Below are positions 39,786 to 53,225 of a DNA stretch of 64,000 nt, piece by piece. Made by a program: the position numbers and the translations under genes. This DNA is from Hormiphora californensis (taxonomy: Eukaryota; Animalia; Ctenophora). The notes beneath the pieces were generated by a model. It was not told the DNA's origin, made no database searches, and saw only the letters and a program-made list of their open reading frames with translations. How positions within the stretch are numbered: position 1 is the stretch's first letter; each line of letters begins with the position of its first letter. The stretch is taken from the NCBI GenBank assembly GCA_020137815.1, contig CM035355.1:6014001-6078000 (forward strand). Reading direction: 5' to 3'.

Positions 39786-42700
39786 TCAATCACAGATATC
39801 ATTATGAGTGTTGACATCGAGAGTAAGATCAACTTTGTAAGCGTTCGTCGTGGTAGTTTTGCAACCCCGAAGTCCAGCTATAAAGATGCTCGGTTTCGGA
39901 ACACTCGTTCCTTGGTCCCGTTTTGTCTGAGTTTCCGAGTCCTTCGGCAGGTAGATCTAAAGGGGGAGGGGATGTTGGAATGAATGGTTTGATTAAATTA
40001 CATCTTCCATCCCCTAGGCCCTGGGTACCAAACCCAAACCCCAATCCGTTCCGCCTGGCGCATGGTCCGGTTCGGAGAATAAAGTCTTTTGTAGTGAGAC
40101 AACCCAGGGGTAACAAATTGTTACCAAAATATATGTTTACCTGGGTAGAAGTTTGTCTACGGAAGTTGCTATTATCAGTCTGTACACTGTGTGTCATTCT
40201 GGTTCGTAGATTAGCCAGTTTGATTGCCTTACGCCTCATCTCCCACTCATTCCACTCGTAGGTGGGATCAATATTTGACTCGATGGGATGGGTCTGAAAT
40301 GTGATCGTATTTTATAGAACAATCTTTTTCACGCCCCAAAACTATGGTCACCGTCAAGTGGCATCCACACTCCACAACGTACATGTGCAGCTGTTGAGGA
40401 GCTAGAAAGTAGCAGGGGTGACTACGTTACCATCTACTGAGAAATCCTCTCCCAAATTAACTAAATCGCAGACCAATTTTGTTACCTCCGTCTGGATTCC
40501 AGAGTCTCTCTTGGTTAGGGGCTTCTCAATCATGTGTCCCGGCTCTGCACTCTTCCCATAAGGTGTTATGGTACTGAACTGCATATGGAGTTCTAGTAGT
40601 TGGATCAGTTCGGGGGACCTCTTAGCGGCATCCGCTATGTGCGCTATAAACCTGAACAGGGAGGGATGTTAGGAAGTGGTGGTAAGAGGTGGGGGTGGGT
40701 GTCTTCATCATCACTATCATGCTCTGTCTGACGCCGCGACCCCACCTGAGCGCACTGTTGAGAATCAAATGGGGTCTGGCGCCACCAGACAGATCATGCT
40801 AATATATATATTCAGTCTTTCTACTGTTACGAAACAACAATATGAACAGCATAATATTGAACAATAAATGGAAACATTGAGCTGATTACCTATCCGGATC
40901 GGCAGCGAACTTTACAGCAGCGTCCTTGGAGCTAAAACAGAAGAAGTGGTCCTTGTAGCGTAGTATACCAATGAGCGGGTTACCTGTCAATATATATTGT
41001 TAATTTATTAACAATTAACAATTTAATAGGCTGTTAAAATCTTTCTAATAATGACCAATTTACGATTAATTAACAATTAATTAACAAATAAAACCCACCT
41101 GGTACAAGGAGTCTATCCTGTGTTGCAATACAGAATCCACAGAAACCCTTGTATTGGAGGGGCAGGTTGGAGAAATTCCGTGTCGTCTCTGGGAACAAGA
41201 ATTCCAGATTCTTGAACTGGGGAGCATGCTCAACCCGATCATCCAAACCACTCGTTTCGTTTACTCTGTTGGGGAGAAAGGTGTGGAAAACTAAAGTAAA
41301 ACTCTCTGATCTGGAGTAAGTGAGGGTATTCTAATTCCCTGTGGGGGGCTCCCCTCCCTATTTCCAGTCTCCAAATTCCACGGATTTACAATCAAAACTC
41401 CCCCATTTCCTAAATATACCTCTCTCCCAAACTCCATAAATGTACCTCTCCTCGTCGCTCCTAAGAATGAGTCCTGTCAGGAGGGGCTGGAGGAGGGAGT
41501 CAGGGAGGACATCACGGTGGGACTTGGTGAAGGGCTCCAAGTTGGTCTGAATGTTACTAATGACCGAGAGAAGGACCATTTCATCCTGGAATCCTGTCCA
41601 GATCTTGGCCAGGGAGATGAACTTGGGGTAAACCTGCAAGAGGAGGTGATGTTGTAGTGTGGCCTCAGCTGTGGGGCTGGAACAAATTACATGTTGTCTC
41701 TCTGATATCTTTCTCGTCAGTTGATTCTCTCTCTGAATTAGGGTACCCATGATTCTATACCTGGTTGGTTGGCACAGCAGTCTTGCTCTGGATGGTGTTC
41801 TGCAGCTGGATTAGAACCGACCTGAGATCCCGTTCCAGGGTGTTAATCTGGTCGGTCGCCACCACAACATCAGTTAGCAGGACCTAACATGGAATCGTTG
41901 GGTTTTTATTGTGTGGTTCACACCACATTTGATTTCAGAGCGTGCTCTATGATGGTTCGGCAGATCAAGGTTTTTAGTGTGCGTTTTAGCAGCGTTAGGT
42001 CCCACCGACTTGGATTCAAAACACACCAACCCAGAATTAAAACGGTACAGGTACAAGAGCTAGTGGTACAGGTACAATTTGTTGAGGTACAATTATAGTG
42101 GATGTTATGTTATTATCATTAGAAATACCTTGAGGAAGGCCTCATGTTGCCGGCAGTTGATGAGCGCCTGTCTGATCAACTCAGGATCTGGGTCTGCCAG
42201 GTTCTCCGCATTCTGACGCTCAATCAGACCCGTATACCGTGAAATGTGACTAAAAAATATGGAGTCAGAGAAATTTATTGTGAGATTTGCGTGTTTTTTT
42301 CATTGCGTAGTAATTTGTTGCACTCACAGGCGTGTAGAATTGAGTTCATTTTCAATGTTCATGGTTGCAGAGGGAATGGCCTCGTTCAGGATGGATGGTA
42401 GATTATCAATACCTTCCCCACCCTTTCCACATTCTTTATTGAACAGCCTGATCCCAGTCACAATCTGGGTCAGCTCCCTCAACTGCCGTTCCTAAAAGGG
42501 GGAGGCGGGCATGATTGAGCGGGAAATGATAGTAAGCGTGGATTTGGAATGATTAATGATACACAAAGAGTGCTGAACTAGAATTCAGATAACAGACACT
42601 GATCAAGTAGCAGGAAAAGTTAACGACGAACAGTTCTTACCTTGTCTCTCTTGGCAAGTGACATGAAAGTCCCCAGCTCAGTTTGAGGGAAGACACTCTG

Positions 42701-43691
42701 TAACGCCGCGGTAGCCTCCCTAACAACAGAAATATCAGTAGGAGAACCGAGACCAGATCTGAGCAGGACACAGCTGACAATCTTCCTATACAATCCCTCT
42801 AGCTCTTCACGAGTCCTGGCTCGGCTATCTGTTATCTCCCTCATGACAGGTTGTAGACGGCTCTCTAGAACTCGCTTGTGCTCTTCGAGGAATTCAGAGC
42901 GGTTTGTGTAGTTCATATCAAAATAGACCTGGAGAGTGGATATCATTAGTTCAAAATAATTTTCACTTGTACTGGAATGAGCTTCCTCTTGAGCTCAGGT
43001 CAATCCCCAATGTGGATACTTTCAAAACCCGGCTGAAAACACATCTCTTCGTTGGTGCATTTGGAGTGGGTGATGGGGAACCCATGGCTGAGTTGTAATG
43101 TTTGTTGTAGTTGTGGGGCCTGCGGGCAATCAGTGTCATCCTCTCTCTGGCCATGTTATTAATTCATTACCTAGTATCCTTTTTTCGAGCAGGTGTGAGT
43201 ATAGTGTGTTTTAATTTATATCTACAGGATTATGGGACCAGTTATTCCCTCAGTTTTATAAGTCAAGTTTATTTAGTCGTCTATATATTGTTTTTCAACC
43301 AGAGCTGTTCGAGTGTGTCATATAATTAGTCGAGGATATACCGCTCTGATGATTCGACGGAACATCGTCAATATTTTGGCATGTCTCTGTCGGGTATGGG
43401 CGGTATATAAGCGCGGAATATTATTATTATTATTACTGAAATTGTTGAAAATCTAAAATTCTCAGAAGAATGAAACTTGGTTACTGTCAGATCATTGGCC
43501 TGACTTACTCAACAAGGCCTGACAGTTGTTCCATTACCTGCATTTTGATTGTGTCAAGACTGGGAGAGTTGTTCATCAACAATCGATCAACACACGTCTT
43601 GATAAGCTTCTGGACATCATCTTTAGTCAGCGTCCTCTCCACATTGAACTGGTTCTCGGGGTCTAGCACAACCTGGAGGGAGGGAGAGAGG

Positions 43692-43741
<50 letters not shown>

Positions 43742-43893
43742 AGAAGAGATCATTAACAAATGAGTAACAAACTTACCGCTTTGACCATGAACGCCACGAG
43801 TGTCTCACTAACAGCTTGGCCCTTTACAGCACATTCCTGGGCTATCTCTCGGATGATATTCTTGATCACAGACTCCGCTTGGGCCCTTGACAT
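39786..43893 (-). CDS. CFAP206: Cilia- and flagella-associated protein 206 (C6orf165)
   Basis: MSRAQAESVIKNIIREIAQEC..VSETLVAFMVKAVVLDP..SPSLDTIKMQVYFDMNY..REATAALQSVFP..GIRLFNKECGKGGEGID..YEWNEWEMRRKAIKLANL, a characteristic FAP206 sequence. Confidence 0.95.
42961..43437 (+). mobile_element. 5'-truncated CR1/L2-clade LINE (ORF2 C-terminus, 3' UTR and (ATT)n tail)
   Basis: WNELPLELRSIPNVDTFKTRLKTHLF is the typical L2/CR1 ORF2 terminus. The element ends in tandem ATT repeats and lies in a CFAP206 intron. Confidence 0.85.
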
Positions 43894-44417
43894 GTTGCTG
43901 GCTATTATAAAACAGAGGTGGAGAGATGAGACACAGAGGAACGTTGAAACTGGTTAAGCATGACTGGATTGTGGGTGTGTTAGTGTGATGTGTGTACATC
44001 TGTGTTTACTGTTTGTGTGTGTGTGATATGGGTGTGTACATCTGTGTTTACTGTTTCAACAGTGTTTGTGTGTGATGTGGGTTGATGTTGGTGAACGTTC
44101 CAGTGTTATGTCTGTGCGCGCCGTATCCAATGGTAACACTAAATGCTGAAACATTCAACTCTAAACATTCAAATGTCAATAAGATTCAGCGCGCAAACGA
44201 ACTGAATCATCTGTCAATGAAAGCTGTACAGCAAAGCTCACAGCCGTTGTCTCTCAGAATCTAGCAGCGAACAGCTTGTTTCTAGACGTTCTCTATCTCT
44301 CTATCTGTCTCTGAGTCCTTCCCTTTATCTGAACAGTGTCTATCTACTGCACAAGAAGCAACAATATATTTACAGGTCAGTCCCACTATCTACAAATGTC
44401 AGTCAGCAGTCAAGTTA

Positions 44418-47400
44418 TCATTTTATTTGGACTCTATTCATCAACTCCTCCAATTTCTTTATCTTTTTGTTTAAATTGTCCTGATCAGCCGCCAGGCGCC
44501 GCTGGCTCCTCTCCAATCTTTTCCTCTCATCTGCCAGGACAAGCCGTTCCTGGGAGAACTGACCTGATTGGGTTTCCACCCACTGACGACAGCTAGCTGT
44601 GTGGGCATCGCACTGCCTGAGGGAAATAAACAGGGTGTCTTTAGAATCCCAATTAATAAGTTAATTAATGTTAACTAATTCACTAAGTTAACTAATTATC
44701 TAACTAACTAATCCATTAACCAATTAACTAACTCACCGTTGAAGATCAGCCCGTTGCTCCGTTACCCACTCCTCCAACTCTTCTCTCATCTTCTTAACCT
44801 GCTGAGTTTCCCTTGCTAAACAGCTCTTAGCAGCGTATACTGCAGCAAACTCTGCCTCTAACACATCGAATCCTTTTGATACCTGGGCTATTGTGGGATA
44901 GAGAATGTAATTGATAGTTGGATATTTTCTAATGAATAGAAACCCCTAATACCTACCCACTTGTTATGTTAGACCACCCCCCCCCCCCCCCCCCCCCGTT
45001 CCATCGCCCCTGACCCACCTATGACAGTTCCTTTAAGATCATCCAGCCCCGTATGTTTGTCCACATCAGGAAGAGAGAAATCAGTGATAGGGGGCACAGG
45101 AGGAAGCTCCGAAGCGATTGAAAAAGTGGGCGTTGGTATGGGTGTTTCCTGTATCTCACATTTTGGGATGTCGTGACACTGTAAACCGTGTATCTGGAGC
45201 ACCCATGCATCTGGGGAGAAGAGGGTGGTTACCTGGGAAGAAGAGGGTGGCTATCTGGGGAGAAGAGGGTGGTTACCTGGGAAGAAGAGGGTGGCTATCT
45301 GGGGAGAAGAGGGTGGTTATCTGGGGAGAAGAGGGTGGTACAAGGTGTTCATATGGGATCTTTACAAGCGTTGGGCTTCACCCAGAAAAAAGTTGACAAA
45401 ATTATCTTATGAAACTTCATACTTGGACTATTCTATACCCTCATTCAAGGTTCCTGGTGTTTCCGGAGCTCTACTACCCCTGGAAGTGTGTTTTTGGCAT
45501 CAAAACCACCAGAAGGAATTTTTTGCTGATGCTGAAACTTTGCTAGAATGTTTTTTGGGTATTTTCTATGTCAATTCCAAAGTTTCATGATGATTGGATA
45601 TGTTTTATGAACTCAAAATTTCGAAAAAAGTGCCTGGAAAGACTCTAAAATATCAATTTTTGCCGTTTTTGAGCTGTTTTTGGGCCTTTCCAGCCAGTTT
45701 ATTTTGAACTTGGTGACTGAACCACACATCCGATCATCATGAAACTTTGGAATTGACATAGAAAATACCCAAAAAACATTCTAGTTAAGTCTCAGCATCA
45801 GCAAAAAATTCCTTCTGGTAGTTTTTATGCCAAAAACACACTTCCAGGGGTAGTAGAGCTCCGGAAACACCAGGAACCTTGAATGAGGGTATAGAATAGT
45901 CCAAGAATGAAGTTTCATAAGATAATTTTGTCAAATTTTTTCTGGGTGAAGCCCAACGCTTGTAAAGATCCCATATGAACACCCTGTACAAGTGGTTCGT
46001 TTCTGTAACGGTTGAGGTAAGAGCTATAGTTGTTTCAGTGAATAATACGTGTGTTTATTATCATGTCCCCAAGCTAAATCCTCTCTTTCCCTCACCATCA
46101 TATGTTGAAGTTGCACCTAGACCACCCAGAACGTAAAGACAGTTGTTGAGAATGTGAGCAGTTTGGACGCACCGGGATCCAGGCCTCTCTCCCATGGTTC
46201 CCATTTTAGTCCACGCGTTCTTTGTAAGGGAATAGTACCAGGCCTGGGAGGAGAGAGATAGAGTGGAGATGGGATAATAGTAAACAATATTTGTGTTCCT
46301 CACACCGCTCTTTGAGGGTTCGGTAGATCAAGGTTAGTGCTTTACTCCTTCTGGACTAAGATAGCTTAGTATAATAGTCTCACTCTAGTTAAAGTAACAA
46401 TCTCACCTCACCATGCTCTCACTCTCGTAACAATCTCACCTCATCAAAGGTAGACGGTGGAAGGCTATCATTGCTGCCACCAAACAACACCAGGGCATTC
46501 TTATCAAATAGGTGTAAGGTAGAGAAGTCACAGGGTGGGGGATAAACACCGCTTGATATCTTCACCAAATGCCATGTTTTACTAGCGAGATCCAGGTAGT
46601 GCAGATCGTTATACCTGGAGGATTGCATTGTCTGTTTGTTTGTGAGTACTACTGCAGGGTGGACCAGAAACATGGAACCAATTTGAGATAACTAATGTGT
46701 CAATAGAGTTCATATCTCCAACTAGCTCCATATTTCTGACCCACCCTGTACATCTGGACTCTAACCTACCTGGAGGCATATTGAACGAGTGAAGTGTTTA
46801 TAAGGATGATTATTGAGTGAAACATGTATCCGTTTCCCCTCACTTACCACAATACAGGTGACCCGCTTCCTCCATACACGAACATCTTCCCACCACAAAC
46901 TGTACTACAGTGGTCCACACGTGGGGGAGGGGGTGTACCGGTAGTTTTAACTTTCTCCCATCTTCGAGATGTCGCACCTTTGGGGTGGCCGGTGGGTTAG
47001 AGGTTTAGGGGTTGATGGGGTGGGTTAGGGGTTCAGGTTAGGGGTCCAGAAATGGGTTAGATGTTGAGGGGTGAGTGATGGGTTAGAGGAAGAGAAGGGA
47101 GAAGAGAAAGCCTATATATTTGATGAAAGAGAAAGGGGGAGGGTAATGTACTGTATTGTCAAAGGGACACACAATATGCCGGCTTTTCATTGGCGCATGC
47201 TGTCAATTTCTTTGACGTTTTTTTCTTCATTATTCGCTTAGTCCTAGTCTACCCTTCTCTCCTCTGACCTCTCTCACTCTCGCTCACTCTCACTAACTTT
47301 ATTATTTCATCATTCTCTCCCCACTCTAAACCAACCAACCAAACCAATATCTCTCTCTTTCTTCTCTCTTTCTTCTCTCGACTACCACATTAAAGATCTG

Positions 47401-49505
47401 CCTCCCTCCAGGAGACCTATTATTGCACGAAGCCGCTCCATAGAGATAGATCACATACGCTCCATAGATACGCTATCTCGCCACCACATAGGATCTTGGC
47501 CCATCAGACAACAAATGATCGCCTTCTATCTCTATCTCTCTTTCTCTACCTCTCTATCCCTAAATTTCTGTAGGAACTCCATGCAATGCCTCTTGATAAT
47601 ATACATTGTCTCGTTTTTTCTCTCTAGTGTTTGTGAAATGATGCAGTGTTGGTTGCTGATTGTGTTTGTTCTTCCAATATTACCCTTGGTAAATGCAGAA
47701 GATGAAACACTGAGTAAGTAAAGAATCCATATTTCACACTTTGTCGATTATACAGGACGAGTATAGGGACCTAGCCAGCGCTCAGCAGGCATCATACAAC
47801 CATTTCCACGGGTTATTGATAATATTTCACTGTTATTAGACGTATCTTCATTCTTCCCATCTTTAGCATATTATATTGATCCCCCTCCATAAACCCCCTC
47901 AATGATTTTTCAGTTATTCCTGTGAGTGGCTCTGAGATCTCTATCACCTCCGCCTCCCAATCCGATGCAGCAAATTGTTGTCCCGTTACTCGAGCCACCG
48001 ACCGAGATCTCCTAACCGTATCTCTCTCTAAATCATCCGATATCGATAACTGGGTCAAGCTAGAACTGGCTGAAAACCGGACCATAGACAGAGTGGTGTT
48101 TTACTACCGGTTCTACACAAACTGGCCGATCAGCTCCAACTCATGTTACCAAAGCGAAAGTGCCTGGACGAAGTGTGCTATATCCCAAACAAATACCACT
48201 ATCTCAATCACACAAGGTGGTGTGGTGGTGAAGACTTGTGGAGTGGTGGAGTTAAATACGACGGGGTGGAGCCAGACTGATCAGGTCTACTCGATTGCTT
48301 GCGGAGTAAAGGGAGATGGAGTGCTCCTCAGTTCGGTTGAAAGCAGGATTCTGGTTGCAGAGATCATTGTTCATGGAACTATATACGATCCGGAAGGTAA
48401 CATTCTTGTAACAAATTTCCCTTTCTCTCATTATTTTTCATCTTTTCCATCTTCATTCAGACATGGAAAAACCCAAACCCAGAAAAACAAAACCGAAACT
48501 TTTGCAACAATATAAAATTCTAACCAAGATATCCATTATCCAGCATGTTCAAATGCATCGTTAGATGACAAAACAAGGTTTAGATTGCTTGCTCGACCCT
48601 GTCTGACCGGGTTTGAACAAAACAAGGTTTAGAGTTTAGATATCGCATTGCTAATATGCCATACCAAGGTTTAGAGTATAAGTATCGTTGGATGGGACGT
48701 CCTGGCTAATTCCTCCAAACATATAGAGATGGGCCCCATCCTGTGAGATACTGAATGAGACCGTACCAGGGTCGTCATGCATCTCCAACTGAGGGGAGAG
48801 TTCATTACTTACTAAACTCTAAAGAGGGAAGGATGTTGTGATTTGAAATGGAATATATGGATGTCCGATTCTCTAGCGACTGTAAGTGTATTAGCAAGTA
48901 ATTTTGAGGTTATTTTAATATCTCTTGCTAAAAAAGGAGTTAATTAATCAGGTAATGAGTTAAATGTTAATTAATGTGCTACTTAACTTAAAAGTTAATT
49001 TATGGGTTAATTAATGTGCAACTTACCTTTAAAGTTAATTAATGAGTTAATTACCTGGAACCATGTGAGTGATGCCGGTTGAAGCATGTACAACCCCTTA
49101 CAGTGTTGTAACGTATACTCATTGCTAGTACCCCCATACAGATACACGTTATCCCCAAGAGATGCCATGAAGGCGCCAACCCTGGGTCCAGGGGTTACAC
49201 CCACTGTGGGCATCTTCTTGCAGTAGACCTAGAATTGGAGTAACCATGGTAACCACTACATTACAATGGTAACTAAGTCATGGTTACTAATGGTAACCAT
49301 GATAACATGTTACCTTTGCCCCATTGAGTTGCAATGCGAACAGCTCATCTGAGTAGATGTTACTGCCATCAGATCCGGGAGCTAACACCGCTCCCCCGTA
49401 CAGGTAGACACTTCGGGCGTTGTCATGGTAACATGATGCCGCCCCGTAACGAGCCCCAAAATGCTGGCCATCCACTTTGCACCGCAGCCATGTACCCTCG
49501 GTCAT
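44418..49505 (-). CDS. Kelch-domain protein (RABEPK/KLHDC-type propeller) with C-terminal coiled coil
   Basis: Exons at ~49505-49314, 49228-49055, 48788-48767 (22-nt microexon), 46976-46848, 46614-46440, 46243-46096, 45209-45031, 44883-44737 and 44616-44418. Motifs PGPR..VYLYGG, PPPRVDH..MFVYGG and YNDLHYLD. Confidence 0.85.
45210..45338 (-). repeat. 21-22 bp tandem repeat (x6) made of the splice acceptor
   Basis: Minus-strand unit CCACCCTCTTCTCCCCAG(AT/GT). The last copy is the acceptor that keeps the frame. Confidence 0.9.
45341..45986. mobile_element. Tc1/mariner-type MITE, TA TSD, ~210-250 bp TIRs
   Basis: TA|CAAGGTGTTCATATGGGATCTTTACAAGCG ... CGCTTGTAAAGATCCCATATGAACACCCTG|TA. Confidence 0.9.
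47638..48515 (+). CDS. Nested secreted protein with a galactose-binding/F5-8C/F-type-lectin-like domain; 3' end uncertain
   Basis: Signal-peptide exon MMQCWLLIVFVLPILPLVNAE (47638-47713, donor GTAAGT) splices in frame to exon ~47914-48396 with ASQS..RATD..NWVKLEL..IDRVVFY..CG..VAEIIV. Possible further exon near 48544. Confidence 0.7.
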
Positions 49506-50156
49506 ACACCAGGATCCTAGTAATTAGTACTTTTATTAGTTAATTAGCATTGGGATTGGGATGGGATCCTGTAGTATTTTGTAGTGAAAGAGATACGGAT
49601 ATCCTAGATATTCTTAGTATGGGGGATAGTGACGAGGAGAGACAGTCAGGGATAAAATCAAAACACGCCATGGATAAAGGTAAAATCAACAACAAAGCAT
49701 AACACACAAAATATATGGGGTAAACACTTGATAAATATAATCTTGGAAGCGATAACATGAAGGGTTATAGCGAGATAGGTATAGATCTAGAGAGTCGAAT
49801 TGAAGGAAAAAAACTGTATAGATCACGGGGCGGAGTAATAATAATAACGGTGGGGAAGGAATGAAGGTTAGTGTGTCTCATAGTCCTGTCACTCTATTGA
49901 CAGGCGAGATTCTCTCTTTCTCTCTCTGCGTGTATGAATTTGGGGAGGTATAATACATGTAATATTCGGGGGGTTACACGCACTGTACAACGCTTTTTAC
50001 ATTTCACACATTGATCTGGGAGGTATAATAATAATAATCCTCCTACTTCGACGGGGGCTGTTCAACAGCGTCACTGCTAAATAATATAGAGAGGTCGGGG
50101 ATACCCCTCACTCCAACACACATATCTTCATCTTTAAAGAAACATCAAAACACATT

Positions 50157-51211
50157 TTAATCATCTGCATCATCATCGAATGCATTCAGGTACTCCAACT
50201 CCTCCAGCACGTGATCCTCGTATTCCTCTGTGTTGTTCTTGTAGTGAACTGCCTGCCTGATCTGAGGAGGGGGGGTAGACATTAGATATGAGGGGAGTGG
50301 AGGTCATACAGTTTTAGTGAACCGCCTAACAATATCTGATCTGTACTAGGGGATATATATGGTCTGAGGAGAGGGGAGAGAGATACGAAGAGGGCAAGAT
50401 TTGGTTTTATCGGGGTTTTCAATTCAGGGATATAAAATGTTCTACTCACCGCCTCTCTGAAAATCTTAACAACATTGCTTCCATCAGCCGCGGAAGAGAA
50501 GAATAAGGGAATGTTGTTACTTTGGGGGAACTTGTAGGCTTTGTTGGCCATGGAGAGGTCAGTATCCACCTTGTTCCCCACACAGATAACAGGAATCTTG
50601 GGTCGGTGTTTTCCTCAATTCTTTGTACCATATTGCAAGGATTCTTGTATGTAACCTGGGGTAGATCATTATTTTAGAAAAGAGGAGGGAGAGGGATTAA
50701 TGTGGGATAACTTTATATGATTTAAGAACCAGGTCCCTCAGATGAGGTTATTTATCCCGGGAAGTTTATTATCTTTTGAATTCACAACACAAATATATTT
50801 ACCTTTCGTGAGACATCAAACACCAGAATGCATGCCTGTGCACCATGATAGTATGCTGAGTGCATGCTCTGAAATCGTTCTTGCCCCGCTGTGTCCCATA
50901 GCTCTAGCTCAACCTGAATAATAATAAGTATTGGAGAGTGATGTTCTAATTATTGAAGAGTTTTTTTCAATATCATTCATTTTCCACCTAAAATTATTAC
51001 ACTTTTCACATAACTTTTCATATAACTTTTCATATAAAATTCCACAGAAAATTACCTCCTGATCATCGACAATGTCCTTATGTTTGAATAGTGTCAGTGC
51101 GTATGTAGAAAGTTGCTGAGGTTTATAGTTGTCTAGCAGGTACCGTTCAACTAACTTGCTTTTCCCTACCGCACTATCACCCAAACATATCACCTTTACT
51201 TTTTCTGTCAT
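50157..51211 (-). CDS. RABL2: Rab-like protein 2 (basal-body/IFT GTPase)
   Basis: [64 protein letters not shown]. No prenylation motif. Two apparent 1-nt insertions near 50610-50640. Confidence 0.93.
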
Positions 51212-51395
51212 TTCCTGATTTGAAATGGGAGGTTTGAAAAGTTGTGGAGTTTTATAAACACAATCGACTTGGATAGGTCAAGAAGTATACAAATGAACAT
51301 AAAATGTGTTTACATATAATTGTATATTATAATTTTCGTCAGATTAAAACACTCTCGTCATAGCATAATAAGTCAGTTTATTCGATTCCCCGAAA

Positions 51396-53225
51396 TTACT
51401 TGGATTCCACAAACTCTGACAGATAAAGGGTGCTTGCTAGTCCATCACAGCACTCCCCCAACTCTCCCAAAACCTCCCCCACAACCCCATCCACAATCTC
51501 ACTAACAATATTATCCAGCGTGGCCCAAGGGTTGAATTTCTCCGTTTGGTAGTGCTTAGTCAGCCTCAAATACTGCTCCATCGATGTTTTGTAAGCGGTG
51601 ATGTTATCAACTGCTTCCTCTGTCAGCGTTACATCTGAGATGACCCGTTCGGAGGATTTCACATGGTCACTAACTACTCCGGGAATGGAAGACAGGAAAA
51701 GGTTGGCGGAAGGAAGGACGATTGATTTCTCGGAGCTGTCGTGAACCTGCCCATGGAACCATCTGTTTCTCATTACATCATCCTCCCGCTCCAACTCCTT
51801 CAACTCATCCAATAGTTGGTTCATTGTAGTTGACATAGCGGTGGGTGACGGTGGTGGGTCAGCCCTGGGGGTGGTTGGGTGTTCGGACCATGCGAATTTA
51901 GGAGCTGCCCGGCCGTTGTGTAACTTTTGCATCCAGGTATCTCGTGGCAGGTCTTTCTCCGTAATGAGAGGGGTCACGTGTCCACCATGCACCTCAATTG
52001 GATCCCGGGATGGGGCAGAGAAGGGCCGTGAAGCTACCTGTCCGAGAGGCCGGCCCACTTTCGCGGAAACAGGCCGTTTTCCCGGATTGTATCGGGAAAC
52101 CTTTGGTTTGATCACTTTTTTCGTTTGCGACACTTTCGGGGGAGCATTTTTGTTCATGGCAATATTTTTGGAAGACTTTGGGGGAGGAGATCTCTTTCGA
52201 GGTGGAGGTAGGACTCCCTGGTCGACTTTAGTTTGAACCAACGACCTCACTGCAGCTTTCAGACTTTCATCCCTCTCTGGACTATTAGGAGCCCCTCCTC
52301 CCAGTTGCTCACTCCCTTCTCCGAGATTCTCTGTGATGTTCAACCGTGGAACAGGACTTGCAGGTGCGCTTGTCAGCACGTTAATATGAATATCAAGGAG
52401 CCGACAAATCTTAACAATTTCATCCACCAGTACTCTAATTTCCGCCCTAACTTTCTTTTTCAGTTGTGTCATGTAGTTTGATTTCAGGGTGTGGGAAACT
52501 CTTGTAAAAGCGCCCAGTCCGGACATGAGAGAGCGGTAGGCGGTGTTGAGATGACTCATAGTGCTAGTCTGAGCCATAACCACAGTTCGGTGGTTGAAGG
52601 GCGTTCTCTCGAGCAGTTCGACTAGCTGGGTCACCTGTCGTTTCGTGTTGTAAAACATCCTGTAAAGGTGGCGACGTTGCTCCTCAACTCGCCGTTGAAG
52701 CCTATCCTCCTCAATGGTGTCGTTGTAGTATGTGTTTACAGGTTTACTGAGCTCCCTAATCGAGTGGTTTAGAGTGTCGATCATAGCAGAGAAATCTGTC
52801 TGAAGGGAGCTTGGTGGTTTTGCTGTGACTGGGGCTGCCCGATGACTGATTGGCGTAGAATGATGGTGTCCACTACGTTTATTGTTAGAAGTTGGAATTT
52901 GAATGAGGCATTTACCGGGTTTGAAAGCACCCGGTCGGTTTATTGGTTTGGATGGGGGAGCTGATTTCACGGGCGATCTTTGTTCCCTGACCTCTTTAAC
53001 TGGAATAAAATCTAAGTCTGACTGACTGGAGACCCTCCCCAGACGAATATCTCTCCTTGCCAACACCGCCATGTGCTCCATTTTATTGCTAAAATCGAAC
53101 TTGTTCTCCGCACCATCGAATGTCACGAGCGGCGGTTGACTCGTTACAGCCCGGCCACTCTCTCGCTGTGATCCATTATTACCGGCCCGGAGGTTGAATT
53201 TTAACTGCTCCGTCACATACGGCAT
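51396..53225 (-). CDS. KIAA0753: Protein moonraker (centriolar satellite/ciliogenesis), intronless, 609 aa
   Basis: N-terminal QLKFN and AVLARRDI, and C-terminal FNPW..IVSEIVD..V..ELGECCD..A..LYLSEF, match the recalled moonraker signature. Confidence 0.78.
   Translation of the reverse strand: MPYVTEQLKFNLRAGNNGSQRESGRAVTSQPPLVTFDGAENKFDFSNKMEHMAVLARRDIRLGRVSSQSDLDFIPVKEVREQRSPVKSAPPSKPINRPGAFKPGKCLIQIPTSNNKRSGHHHSTPISHRAAPVTAKPPSSLQTDFSAMIDTLNHSIRELSKPVNTYYNDTIEEDRLQRRVEEQRRHLYRMFYNTKRQVTQLVELLERTPFNHRTVVMAQTSTMSHLNTAYRSLMSGLGAFTRVSHTLKSNYMTQLKKKVRAEIRVLVDEIVKICRLLDIHINVLTSAPASPVPRLNITENLGEGSEQLGGGAPNSPERDESLKAAVRSLVQTKVDQGVLPPPRKRSPPPKSSKNIAMNKNAPPKVSQTKKVIKPKVSRYNPGKRPVSAKVGRPLGQVASRPFSAPSRDPIEVHGGHVTPLITEKDLPRDTWMQKLHNGRAAPKFAWSEHPTTPRADPPPSPTAMSTTMNQLLDELKELEREDDVMRNRWFHGQVHDSSEKSIVLPSANLFLSSIPGVVSDHVKSSERVISDVTLTEEAVDNITAYKTSMEQYLRLTKHYQTEKFNPWATLDNIVSEIVDGVVGEVLGELGECCDGLASTLYLSEFVESK

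Noticed and set aside
50600-50650. RABL2 frameshifts as recoding
   Set aside because: Single extra bases in short homopolymers; removing them restores canonical TYKNL..WYKELR..RPKIP.
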